A stretch of DNA of 64,000 bases, taken from positions 448,001 to 512,000 of the forward strand of contig CAWEMM010000012.1 in NCBI GenBank assembly GCA_963810095.1. The letters run 5' to 3'. The notes beneath the pieces are model-generated. The model ran no database searches. It had not been told where the DNA came from and was given only the letters and a program-made list of their open reading frames with translations. The translations under genes were made by a program, and so were the position numbers. The DNA comes from an uncultured Chloroflexia bacterium (lineage in GTDB: Bacteria; Chloroflexota; Anaerolineae; CG2-30-64-16). Each line of letters opens with the position of its first letter. Within the stretch, counting starts at the first letter, position 1. Of the stretch, positions 50,507 through 59,810 are shown piece by piece.

Positions 50507-51381
50507 TCAGCCGGCGGCCGCAGCCGCGGCCTTCGCCTTCTCCCGCTTCCTGAAATCCTTGATCCACTTGCGGCCGTACTCGTCATGACCGAGGAAGAGG
50601 TCCGCGGCGAGGACGGCGGTGTGCACTGCGGGTTCGAGGGGGTTCGTGATCGCCGAATTCAGCCCTGCATGCATCGCCATCGCAATAAAGGCCGCATTGA
50701 GCGACGGGCGGTCGGGCAGGCCGAACGAGACGTTGCTGGCCCCGGCCGTGAGGTTCACGCCCAGCTCCGCACGCAGCAACTGCATGGTTGCGAGCGTTAC
50801 GGCGCCCGCGTTCGAGTCGGCCCCGACGGTCATCACGAGGGGATCGAAGACAAGGTCCTCGATCGGGACGCCGTGATCCGCGGCGCGGGCGACGATCTTG
50901 CCGCGATCTCGAGCCGGGCGTACGGGTCCTGGATCGGACCGCGCTCGTCGTTGCACAGCGCGATCACGGCCGCGCCGTACTTCTTGGCCAGGGGCAGCAC
51001 GCGCTCCAGCGCCGCTTCCTCGCCCGTGGTCGAATTGATCAGCGCCTTGCCACTGTAGATCGCAAGCCCCGCGGCCAGCGCATCCGGGTTCGCCGAGTCG
51101 AACGAAATCGGTACGTCGGCACAGTCGATCACCATTAGCGCGGCCTGCCGCATGATCGCCGGCTCATCACCGCCCGGCACACCTGCATTGACGTCGAGCA
51201 CGGCGGCGCCCGCTTCGATCTGAGCCAGCGCGTCGGACTGGACGCGCGAAAAATCCCCGTTTGCCAGCTCCTCCGCCAGCTTCTTGCGCCCCGTCGGGTT
51301 GATGCGCTCGCCAATGATCACGAACGGATTCTCCGGGCTGATCACCACGGTCTTGGTCTTCGACGATAGTACGGTTTCCAT
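50507..51381 (-). CDS. Methyltetrahydrofolate:corrinoid methyltransferase (pterin-binding, AcsE/MtgA-like); frameshift near 50900
   Basis: IIGERINPTGRK, LDVNAG, SFDS, INS, FDPLV, GASNVSFGLPDR, AITNP. Confidence 0.9.
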
Positions 51382-51424
51382 GTGTTGCAACTCCCTGGGA
51401 GATATGCTGATTGGCAGGCTCGGC

Positions 51425-52861
51425 TTATGCCTGTACGGGTTGGGCCGTTGCTTCGGCCAGTATCGCTTCGAGGACAGTCTGCACCCCCGCCGGCAAGGCG
51501 GGCGGCTGGTGCCTGGCGAGAATGCGGCGGAGCTTGTCGTCGACGCGCTGGCTGGTATCCCGCGCGCCCGCCTGCTCCCATACGGCGTGCTGGTTTCGGT
51601 CGAGCACGGTGGGCATCCACACTTCGCGGCGTGACACGCCGACCGACTCCGGCTCTTCCAGGAAGTGCCCGCCCGGCCCCACCTTCTCGATCAGGTCCAG
51701 CATCACCGCGGCGCGGCTGACCTCGATCCCGCGGCCGATGCGCCGGGCCATGCCCACGATCTCGTCGACCAGCACCAGCATCGGCAGCGAGCCGATATCG
51801 GCGCAGTCGAGAAATCCGCCGTCGTGGACGAGCGCCGCGCCGCTCAACTGGGACATGAGGATCTGCAGTGCTGCCTCCACGCCGGCTTGCGCGTCGAGCA
51901 GCTTGCTCTCCGACGCGCCGGCCGTGCCCATGAAGGGCAAGCCCAGAAAGCGCGCCAGGTCTGCCGCGGCCGCCGAGTGCAGCGAAGCCTCAGGCGAGCC
52001 GTACGACGGCCGGGCCGTGCGCAGGTCCATCGGCGAGGGCAGGCCGCCGATCGCCGCGGCCGCGCCGGGCCGGGCCAGTTGAATCACCGCCAGCCCACTG
52101 AGCGCCGCCGCCTGGTGCAGCACCAGGGCAGATGCCCCACTGAACGGCGATTCGATTCCAACGGTGGGGCCGCCGAGGTAAACGACCGGAATGCCGTGCC
52201 GCGCCGCCCACATCACGTTGGCAAGATCTTCGTCCGTGTGCCGCAGGGGTGAGGGATAGGTGGAGAAGAGCGCGAAAATCGGCCGGGCAGCCAACACCTC
52301 TTCGTTCCCCGCCACGGCAACGGCCATGCGGTGCATTGCAGCAACGTTCGAGGGGTCGTGGGCCCATCCGACGATCGGCTTGCCGGTGTTCGCGATCAGC
52401 TCAGCAAACTCGTAGACCGCCGCCTGATCGGACCGCGGGATGTCCTGGATGAGCCCCAGGCCCATCACGTAGTCGATGTTCGGCAGGGCATCGGCCACCC
52501 GTGCGGCCAGGGCCGGGTCACCGCGGCGCGAAGGCCGGCGCTCGCCTGTCTCGGGGTCGACGAAGTAGGTGGTCGTCAGGCCGGGCCCGAAGTGGCTGGG
52601 TCCGTCCGCCGACACCCGCATCGGCCGGTCGCCGCTGCGCCCCCAAACGGTAAACGAGCGGGGGGTCGAACCAATTGCCGCCCGAATCACGGGGGCCGGG
52701 ATCCGGACGCGTACGCCGTCGACCCGCGCGCCGGCGCCCGCCAACAGATCGCGCGCCTCTGCGTTCGCCACGTCCACGCCGATGCGCTCCAGGCATTCCA
52801 GGGACGCAGCGGTGAGCTCCCGGCACTGTTCGTCTGACAAAACACGCAACGATAAGGTCAT
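51425..52861 (-). CDS. Trimethylamine methyltransferase (MttB) family protein, non-pyrrolysine
   Basis: LE.IGV.V, SPL, SYGSPE, GLPFMGTAGASESKLLDAQAG.E, VHDGGFLD, VGPGGHFL; no in-frame TAG. Confidence 0.9.
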   Translation of the reverse strand: MTLSLRVLSDEQCRELTAASLECLERIGVDVANAEARDLLAGAGARVDGVRVRIPAPVIRAAIGSTPRSFTVWGRSGDRPMRVSADGPSHFGPGLTTTYFVDPETGERRPSRRGDPALAARVADALPNIDYVMGLGLIQDIPRSDQAAVYEFAELIANTGKPIVGWAHDPSNVAAMHRMAVAVAGNEEVLAARPIFALFSTYPSPLRHTDEDLANVMWAARHGIPVVYLGGPTVGIESPFSGASALVLHQAAALSGLAVIQLARPGAAAAIGGLPSPMDLRTARPSYGSPEASLHSAAAADLARFLGLPFMGTAGASESKLLDAQAGVEAALQILMSQLSGAALVHDGGFLDCADIGSLPMLVLVDEIVGMARRIGRGIEVSRAAVMLDLIEKVGPGGHFLEEPESVGVSRREVWMPTVLDRNQHAVWEQAGARDTSQRVDDKLRRILARHQPPALPAGVQTVLEAILAEATAQPVQA

Positions 52862-53050
52862 GTCTGCACCCGTGGTTCACTGTTTACAGGAAGTCGCGAA
52901 GGCACCAAGTTTCGCGAAGATCGGCCGTCCTCCACAAGCCCGGGAAGAGGTGCGGACCGAGGCGGAAATTTTCCCCCCACAATGAAAGCAGGCCGCGCTT
53001 GGTGAAGCTTCGCGTTCTTTGATCCTTCCTGTGAAGGGAATGCCCCTCGC

Positions 53051-54217
53051 TTACACCCGCGCAACCGCGTCCGCGATGCGATCGAGCGCCTCGCGGATGT
53101 TGTCCATCGAGCTGGCGAAGACCAGCCGCAGATAGCCTTCGCCGTAGCTTCCGAAGGCCGTGCCCGGCAGAACGGCCACGCCTGCTTGCTCCAGCAGGAA
53201 ATCAGCCCACCAGGCGGACGTCTTGCCGTACGACGACACGTTGGGGAACACGTAGAATGCACCCTGGGGCGAGCGGCAGCGCCAGCCCGGGATTTTGTTC
53301 AAGCCGGCGACGAGCACGTCACGGCGGCGCTGGTATTCGGCCACCACCGCATCGACCTCTTCCTGCGGGCCGGTTAGCGCCTCGATGCCGGCAACCTGGG
53401 TGAAGCTCGCCGTGCAACCGACCGAGTGCGTCATCAGCAGTTCGACGCGCTCTGCCAGGGCCTCGGGCATGATGCCATAGCCAAGCCGCCAGCCGGTCAT
53501 CGCGTAAGTCTTCGAGAAGCCGTCGCAGATAATGGTCCGCTCCTGCATGCCCGGCAGGGCCGCGATGGTCGGCACCTCGCAGCCGTCGAAGGCGAGACGC
53601 ATGTAAATCTCGTCGGAGAGGACCCAAATGTCGCGCTCGATCGCGACCTGTGCGATGTGCTGCAGGGCGGCCGTCGACATCACCCCACCCGTCGGGTTGC
53701 TCGGCGAGTTGAGGATGATCATGCGCGTCTTGTCGGACACGAGCCGGTCAAACGCAGCCAGGTCGAACGAGAAATCCTGCTCTTCCACCAGCGGCACGGG
53801 CACCGCCTTGCCCCCCGCCACGCCGATCATCGCCGAGTAGGTTGGGAAGCCCGGGTCAGGATAGATGACCTCGTCGCCCGGCCGCACCAGCGCCAACGTG
53901 GGGAAGAAGAGCGCGGGCTTCGCGCCCGGTCCCACAACCACCTGCGCAGGGTTGAAGGCAACGCCCCGGCGCTTGCTAGCATCCTCGGCGATGGCCTCGC
54001 GGAGTGCGGGCATGCCGGCCGAAGGGGTATAGCGGGTGAAGTTATCCTCGATGGCCCGCACGCCGGCCGCCTTTACGTTGCCAAAGGTCGGCACGTCGGG
54101 CTGGCCGATCTCGAGGTGGACGATGTGCTTGCCCTGCGCTTCCAGTGCATTGGCACGGGCCAGCATGAAGTACGCGCCCTCGGGCGCAAGATGGTTGACG
54201 CGGTCGGCAAAGGTCAT
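53051..54217 (-). CDS. Class I/II PLP aminotransferase (aspartate aminotransferase-like)
   Basis: IGQPD, NSPSNPTG, SDEIY, FSKTYAMTGWRLG, GAFY, YLRL. Confidence 0.95.
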   Translation of the reverse strand: MTFADRVNHLAPEGAYFMLARANALEAQGKHIVHLEIGQPDVPTFGNVKAAGVRAIEDNFTRYTPSAGMPALREAIAEDASKRRGVAFNPAQVVVGPGAKPALFFPTLALVRPGDEVIYPDPGFPTYSAMIGVAGGKAVPVPLVEEQDFSFDLAAFDRLVSDKTRMIILNSPSNPTGGVMSTAALQHIAQVAIERDIWVLSDEIYMRLAFDGCEVPTIAALPGMQERTIICDGFSKTYAMTGWRLGYGIMPEALAERVELLMTHSVGCTASFTQVAGIEALTGPQEEVDAVVAEYQRRRDVLVAGLNKIPGWRCRSPQGAFYVFPNVSSYGKTSAWWADFLLEQAGVAVLPGTAFGSYGEGYLRLVFASSMDNIREALDRIADAVARV

Positions 54218-54239
54218 GGTCGCTCCAACTGGAATCTCT

Positions 54240-54301
54240 CAACACAAAGACACGAAGGCACAAGGGCTGAGACGCTTTGTGTCCTTGTGTCCTTGTGGTA
54301 A
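54240..54301. repeat. Family A palindromic repeat
   Basis: caacacaaagacacgaaggcacaag ... ctttgtgtccttgtgtccttgtggta. Confidence 0.85.
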
Positions 54302-54305
54302 ACCG

Positions 54306-55109
54306 TTACGCATGGCCGTAGTAGTCACGATGGACGGCCACGGAATAAGCGTAGTCGAGCAAGGTGCCCCAGGAGAAGACGGCGATGTCGATCTGTTCGA
54401 GGGCGAGCTCACGCTGCAGGGCCCGCGCGAAGGGCGGAAAGCCAGTACATTCTAGCACCAGCGCGCCCATTTGCGGGTATTGCCGGACGAACGCCGAAGC
54501 AACCGCCACAAACTCGCGTTCGGCCTTCTGGTAATCGGCCGCGGGTGGGTCGGTGCGAAGTCCCCCCGTCCACAGGTGATCGAACTCCTCGCACTCGAAG
54601 CGTGCCATCGCGTCGCCGATCACGTAATTCGAACCTAACTGAACCCCAACCGCGGCCAGATGGCGCTCGGTCAGGTAGGTCGCGTTCGCCATTAGGATGC
54701 CGACGACGCGCTCGGGGCCGATGAGTTGCTGGGCGAAGGGCACCTGAAGCAGCGAGGACATGAATACGGGCACGCGCACCGCCGCCGCCACCTCACGCTG
54801 AAAGTAGGCGAAGTAACCGCACTCACCCGCGATAGCCCGGCACCCCATCCGCTCGAGCCGCCGGGCGGACGCCAGGAGCGGCTCGAGGCAGGGCGACTTA
54901 TCCTCCTCTACCACGAGGCAGCGGATGTCCACGCCCTCGGCCACGTCATATTGGATGGGAAAGGGGTACGCGCTCGCATTCCGCACGTCGCCGGGGAAGC
55001 CGGGATAGACGTCGTCGAGAATGATGACACCCAGGCCCATGCCGTATACGCGGCGGTCGGGCCGCGCGTGGATGGCGCGCAAGTCGGGGTCGTGAGGAAG
55101 AGTTTGCAT
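54306..55109 (-). CDS. Asp/Glu/hydantoin racemase-superfamily protein, Alma1 (DMSP lyase)-like subgroup
   Basis: GVIILD..YP..PGDV.N...YPFP, AIAGECGYF, SSLLQVP, LVLECTGFPPF; both catalytic Cys present. Confidence 0.8.
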   Translation of the reverse strand: MQTLPHDPDLRAIHARPDRRVYGMGLGVIILDDVYPGFPGDVRNASAYPFPIQYDVAEGVDIRCLVVEEDKSPCLEPLLASARRLERMGCRAIAGECGYFAYFQREVAAAVRVPVFMSSLLQVPFAQQLIGPERVVGILMANATYLTERHLAAVGVQLGSNYVIGDAMARFECEEFDHLWTGGLRTDPPAADYQKAEREFVAVASAFVRQYPQMGALVLECTGFPPFARALQRELALEQIDIAVFSWGTLLDYAYSVAVHRDYYGHA

Positions 55110-55135
55110 GGTAGCCTAAATGGATCGTGGCCGTT

Positions 55136-55298
55136 TGGAAGGGGAAAGGCGGAACGAACAAAATGGGCGAAAGGCGACACGCGAAGGGCACGCTAGTCCC
55201 GGTGCCCATTGTCGTGCTCGGGCAGGACCGGCGTCCGGAGTTCCGCCGTTTCGTGTTTCGTCTTTCGCGTTTTTCCAGCCTTTCGCCTTCCCCTTCCA
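55136..55298. repeat. Long degenerate family A-type inverted repeat
   Basis: tggaaggggaaaggc ... gcctttcgccttccccttcca with internal cgaa/ttcg units. Confidence 0.65.
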
Positions 55299-55326
55299 GA
55301 TGACGCAGCCGCTTCGCTTCCCGCGC

Positions 55327-56571
55327 CTACGCCTTCGCCAGCGCCTGCTCCAGGTCGGCCACGACGTCTTCGACATCCTCCAGCCCCACCGACATGCGGA
55401 TCAGGCCGTCGTCGATGCCCGCCCGGTCGCGCTCATCCTGGGTCAAGTGCTCGTGCGTGATGGTGCGGGGGTGCATGACGATCGTGCGGCTGGTGCCAAA
55501 GGTCACCGCGTGGATGATCAGCTTGAAGCTGTCCATGACCGTGCGGACCGCGGGAATGCCGCCCTTCACGACGAACGAAAGCATGCCGCCGCCCGCCTTC
55601 ATCTGGCGCTGTGCCAGCGCGTACTGCGGGTGCGCCGGCAGGCCCGTGTAATTCACGCGGCTGATCTTCGGATGAGACTGCAGGTACTCGGCCAGCGCGT
55701 GGGCGTTGCTGCTGTGCTTCGCCATGCGCAGGGGCAGCGTTTCGAGGTACTGGACCGTGAGCCACGAGTCGAAGGGTTGCATCGTGCAGCCGACGAACTC
55801 GGTCGTGTTCCAGCGAATATCTTCGGTTAGCGACTCGGGCCCGACGATCGCGCCGCCCAGCACCGTCGCATTGCCGGCCAGAAACTTGGTGATCGACAGC
55901 AAGACGATGTCGGCGCCGAACGCCAACGGCTTCTGCAGTGCGGCCGTCGCGGTCGTGTTATCGACCATCATCGGGACGCCGCGACTGTGGGCCACGTCTG
56001 CCACTGCCTGCAGGTCGGTGACAAAAAGCGTCGGGTTGGATGGGGTCTCGACCCAGACCAATTTCGTGCGACTGTCGATCGCCGCGTCCCAACACTTGGG
56101 ATCCTCGGGGTCCAACACCCAACGGAACTGCACGCCGCAGCGTTCGGGGAATATGGTCGCCGCTTGCTTGTAGCCCTCGCCGAACGTCATCAGGGACGTC
56201 ACGATGTTGTCGCCGGGCCGGCAGATGGTGAAGAGCAGGTTGAAGAGCGCTTGCGAGCCGGACCCGGCCGTCACGCACGCCTCGCCGCCCTCGAGCACCG
56301 CCAATCGTTCCTCCAGCACCGAGGTCGTCGGCGTCTTGGTGCGCCCGTAGACCGGGTAGGGAATCTTGTCGAATTGCTCATATGGGAACGTCATCGACGG
56401 GACGATGGGGAGGCTGAAGGTGTTGAAGCGCCCCATGCCGGTAATCGGGCGGAACCCCGCATGGAGCGCCTGGGTAGCAAAGCCCAGGTCGTCGTCAGGT
56501 CGCGGCTGTCGCTGGCAGTCCGGATCATACGCCCAGGGCCGGCGCATGAAGAACATTTCGTCGTGTTGCAT
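55327..56571 (-). CDS. Cys/Met metabolism PLP enzyme (methionine gamma-lyase/cystathionine gamma-synthase family), divergent
   Basis: FATQALHAG, YGR...PT...LEERLA.LEGG, ETPSNP, VDNT, SITKFLAG, LIRMSVGLED. Confidence 0.9.
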   Translation of the reverse strand: MQHDEMFFMRRPWAYDPDCQRQPRPDDDLGFATQALHAGFRPITGMGRFNTFSLPIVPSMTFPYEQFDKIPYPVYGRTKTPTTSVLEERLAVLEGGEACVTAGSGSQALFNLLFTICRPGDNIVTSLMTFGEGYKQAATIFPERCGVQFRWVLDPEDPKCWDAAIDSRTKLVWVETPSNPTLFVTDLQAVADVAHSRGVPMMVDNTTATAALQKPLAFGADIVLLSITKFLAGNATVLGGAIVGPESLTEDIRWNTTEFVGCTMQPFDSWLTVQYLETLPLRMAKHSSNAHALAEYLQSHPKISRVNYTGLPAHPQYALAQRQMKAGGGMLSFVVKGGIPAVRTVMDSFKLIIHAVTFGTSRTIVMHPRTITHEHLTQDERDRAGIDDGLIRMSVGLEDVEDVVADLEQALAKA

Positions 56572-56592
56572 GAAGGATTCCTCATTATGTTG

Positions 56593-56640
56593 GAAACCTG
56601 GTTTCTGCGCCAGCGACGCTGGCGGTTGAAACCAGGTTTC
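56593..56640. repeat. Family C repeat doublet
   Basis: gaaacctggtttc and gaaaccaggtttc flank an inner hairpin cgccagcg-a-cgctggcg. Confidence 0.75.
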
Positions 56641-56645
56641 TCGGG

Positions 56646-58688
56646 TTACGGTTTGAGGTTACAGAGCTCTTCTTCGGATAAGTGGCACACGATCTTGTGC
56701 CCGTTGCCCATGTCGCGCGTCGGGGGTTCTTCGATATTGCACGTACCCTCGATTATGAAGGGGCAGCGCGTGTGGAACCGGCAGCCCTGCGGCGGGTTGA
56801 CTGCGCTGGGCACGTTCCCCGTCAGGCGAATGGTCTTCTGCTCGATCGTCGGATCGGGACGCGGGACGGCGGCCAGGAGCGCGGCCGTGTACGGGTGGTT
56901 CGGGGGCGAGTAGATCGCTTCACACGGCCCGATCTCGACGATGCGGCCCAGGTACATCACCGCGACGTCGTCCGAGAAGAAGCGCACCGCACTCAGGTCG
57001 TGCGAGATCAGGATCATCGCGGTGTCGTGCTGCTGCTGAATCTCCACCAGCACGTTGAGCACCGCCGCCTGCACCGACACGTCGAGCGCCGACACCGGCT
57101 CGTCGCAAACCACCATCGCCGGGTTGCTGGCGATGGCGCGCGCGATGCCGACGCGCTGCTTCTCGCCGCCCGACATCTGACGCGGAAGGCGGGCGTAGTA
57201 GTCCTCGTTCAGCTTGACCGCCCGCAGCAGGCGCACGACCTCGCCGTAGACCTCGTTCGATGGCACAGTGCGAAAGCGCTTGAGCGACACCGCGATCTGG
57301 TCGCCCACGGAGTAAGACGGGTTGAGCGTGCCGTTCGGGTCCTGGAAGACCATCTGCAGTTCGCGGATGGTGGCCAGGCTGCGCTTGTTGATTGGCTTCG
57401 TCACGTCAATACCGAGGAAATCGATCTTGCCCTCGCGCAGCGGCTCGAGGCCGACAATGCTGCGTGCCAACGTGCTCTTGCCGCAGCCCGACTCGCCCAC
57501 GATGCCAAGCGTGCGGCCGCGCTGGATCGTCACGCTGACACCGTCGACCGCCTTCACGTATCGACGCTTCTCCAGCCCGAACAGCCCCTTCAACGTCTTG
57601 TACGGCACGGGGTAGTGGGTCTTGACCTCGTGCGCGTCGAGCACGATAGGCGGCGCCTCGCGCTCGAACGTGGGCGGCTGGCCGTGTCGGGCCTCCAGGC
57701 CCATCGGGTACCACTTGTCGGCCAAGGAGCACCGGACGAGATGGCCCGGCCCGATTTCCATCAGCTTCGGGTGGCTGGCGTCGCACGCCTCGCTGCGGTG
57801 TTCGCATCGGGGCGCGAAGATGCAGCCCCCGGGGATCTGGTCGGGCTTGGGTACCCGGCCGGGGATGGGCGAGAGGATGCGCGTGCCCCGCGGTGCGTCC
57901 ACGTCGGGCAAGCAGCGCATCAGGCCGCGGGTGTAGGGGTGCGTCGGCCGGGCATAGATCTCGCGCGTCGGCGCGTACTCGACCACTTCGCCCGCATACA
58001 TCACCGCGACCTTGTCGGACACACGGGCGACGACGCCAAGATTGTGGCTGATATAGAGCGTTGCCGTGTGATACCGCTCTTTGAGCTCGGCGATCAGGTC
58101 CAGCACCGCCGCCTCGACGGTGACGTCCAGTGCGGTGGTCGGCTCGTCCATGATCAGCAGCGCGGGGTTGTTCAGCATGGCCATCGCGATCAGCACGCGC
58201 TGCTGCTGTCCGCCCGATAGCTGGAACGAGTAGCGCTTCATCACGCCCTCCACGTCGGGCATGTAGACCCGGCGCAGGGCTTCCTCGCACTCCTTGTACG
58301 CCGCCTCTTTCTTCAGGCCGCGGTGGATGATCAGCGACTCGGCCAGCTGATCGCGAATCATCATGCTCGGATTCAGCGCGGACATCGGCTCCTGGTAGAC
58401 CATGGCGATGTCGGCCCCGCGCAGCTTTCGCAGTTCTTCCTCAGTGCGCCCGCGCAGCTCCTGGCCCTTGAAAAGGATCTGGCCGTTCGACACGCTGCCG
58501 TTGGGGCCCAGGAAGTTGACGATCGAGAAGGCCACCGTGCTCTTGCCGCAGCCCGATTCGCCCACCAGGCCCAGGTTCTCCCCCTGGCAGATGTCGAACG
58601 TCACGTCGCGCACCGCGTCGACATGGCCCTTGCGGGTCTTGTAGCTGACCGCCAAGTTCTGGACGGACAGGACAGGGCCTTCGGTCAT
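56646..58688 (-). CDS. Peptide/nickel ABC transporter ATPase, fused DppD-DppF type
   Basis: Two GESGCGKST Walker A motifs, two SGG signatures, two HPYT...GC.F..RC C-terminal domains. Confidence 0.95.
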   Translation of the reverse strand: MTEGPVLSVQNLAVSYKTRKGHVDAVRDVTFDICQGENLGLVGESGCGKSTVAFSIVNFLGPNGSVSNGQILFKGQELRGRTEEELRKLRGADIAMVYQEPMSALNPSMMIRDQLAESLIIHRGLKKEAAYKECEEALRRVYMPDVEGVMKRYSFQLSGGQQQRVLIAMAMLNNPALLIMDEPTTALDVTVEAAVLDLIAELKERYHTATLYISHNLGVVARVSDKVAVMYAGEVVEYAPTREIYARPTHPYTRGLMRCLPDVDAPRGTRILSPIPGRVPKPDQIPGGCIFAPRCEHRSEACDASHPKLMEIGPGHLVRCSLADKWYPMGLEARHGQPPTFEREAPPIVLDAHEVKTHYPVPYKTLKGLFGLEKRRYVKAVDGVSVTIQRGRTLGIVGESGCGKSTLARSIVGLEPLREGKIDFLGIDVTKPINKRSLATIRELQMVFQDPNGTLNPSYSVGDQIAVSLKRFRTVPSNEVYGEVVRLLRAVKLNEDYYARLPRQMSGGEKQRVGIARAIASNPAMVVCDEPVSALDVSVQAAVLNVLVEIQQQHDTAMILISHDLSAVRFFSDDVAVMYLGRIVEIGPCEAIYSPPNHPYTAALLAAVPRPDPTIEQKTIRLTGNVPSAVNPPQGCRFHTRCPFIIEGTCNIEEPPTRDMGNGHKIVCHLSEEELCNLKP

Positions 58689-58830
58689 ACGTGCCTCATC
58701 CGATAAGTTCGCAAACAACGAGCGAAAGGTCGAACAGGAAGAACCGACGAAACCAAGCTCCACAAAGGGATTGCCGTTAGGCTTTGCGTGCCTCCGGTTC
58801 CTTGGTTCCTCCTGTGATCGATCGCACCCG

Positions 58831-59709
58831 TCATTGATATCGCATCGTTTCTTCGCGCAGGCCGTCGGCGAAGAGGTTGAGCCCGATCACCAGCGAGACG
58901 ATCGCTGCGGTGGCAGCCAACACGGGCCACGGGTTCGTGATCATGCGCGCGTGGCCTTCCTGCACCATCCCGCCCCAGTCGGGCCGGGGCGGCGGCAGAC
59001 CAAGCCCCAGGAAGCCGAGTGTGCCGATATAGAACGCCGCATACCCCACGCGCAACAGGAAGTCGACGATCAACGGTCCCCGGCAGTTCGGCAGGATCTC
59101 CCGAAACATAATGCGAGCAGCCGAGTCCCCGCGTAGCTTGGCCGCGGCCACGTACTCCCTCGTGCGGTTGTCCAGCGTCAGCGCGCGCACAAGGCGCGCG
59201 ATGCCCGGCGCGCCGCCGATCGCGATCGCGATCACCACGTTGACGGGACTCGCGCCCAGCGCCGAAATGATGATCATGTAGAGCAGGATCGTCGGAAAGG
59301 CCATGAACGCATCGAGGATACGCATGATGAACTCGTCGAGCCACCCCCCATAATAAGCCGCGGGGAGCCCGAGCGCCATGCCGATGAGGAACGCCACCGC
59401 GACCGACAAGGGGCCGAGCAGGAGGATCGTGCGTGCGCCATACGCGATGCGCGACCACACGTCGCGGCCGAGGTGGTCTGTGCCCAGGAAGTGCTGCCCG
59501 GAAGGGCCCTGATCCAGCGCCTTGTAGTCCTGGTCCTTGGTCGGATCGAAATGAGTGAACAGGGGTGCGCCGATCGCGACTACGACCCAGAACAGGACGA
59601 TGACCAGGCCCACGACCGCAACGCGCGACGACAGGATCACGCGCATGTTGTCGGCAAAGCGCTGCCAGCGGCGCGGCGCCACGATTACGGTTTGTGCTGC
59701 TGCGGTCAT
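58831..59709 (-). CDS. Peptide ABC transporter permease (DppC-like)
   Basis: LGTDHLGRDVWSRI.YGAR, EYV.AA, ILPN, LGFLGLG..PP.PDWG. Confidence 0.94.
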   Translation of the reverse strand: MTAAAQTVIVAPRRWQRFADNMRVILSSRVAVVGLVIVLFWVVVAIGAPLFTHFDPTKDQDYKALDQGPSGQHFLGTDHLGRDVWSRIAYGARTILLLGPLSVAVAFLIGMALGLPAAYYGGWLDEFIMRILDAFMAFPTILLYMIIISALGASPVNVVIAIAIGGAPGIARLVRALTLDNRTREYVAAAKLRGDSAARIMFREILPNCRGPLIVDFLLRVGYAAFYIGTLGFLGLGLPPPRPDWGGMVQEGHARMITNPWPVLAATAAIVSLVIGLNLFADGLREETMRYQ

Positions 59710-59810
59710 GCGCGTCCTCCGAGAGCGTTCACGACAAGGCCACAACGACAGCGGGGACACGCAGCTGCACCAACTTCTCCGTGCCCTTGTGCCCTTGTGT
59801 CGAAAAAGCG

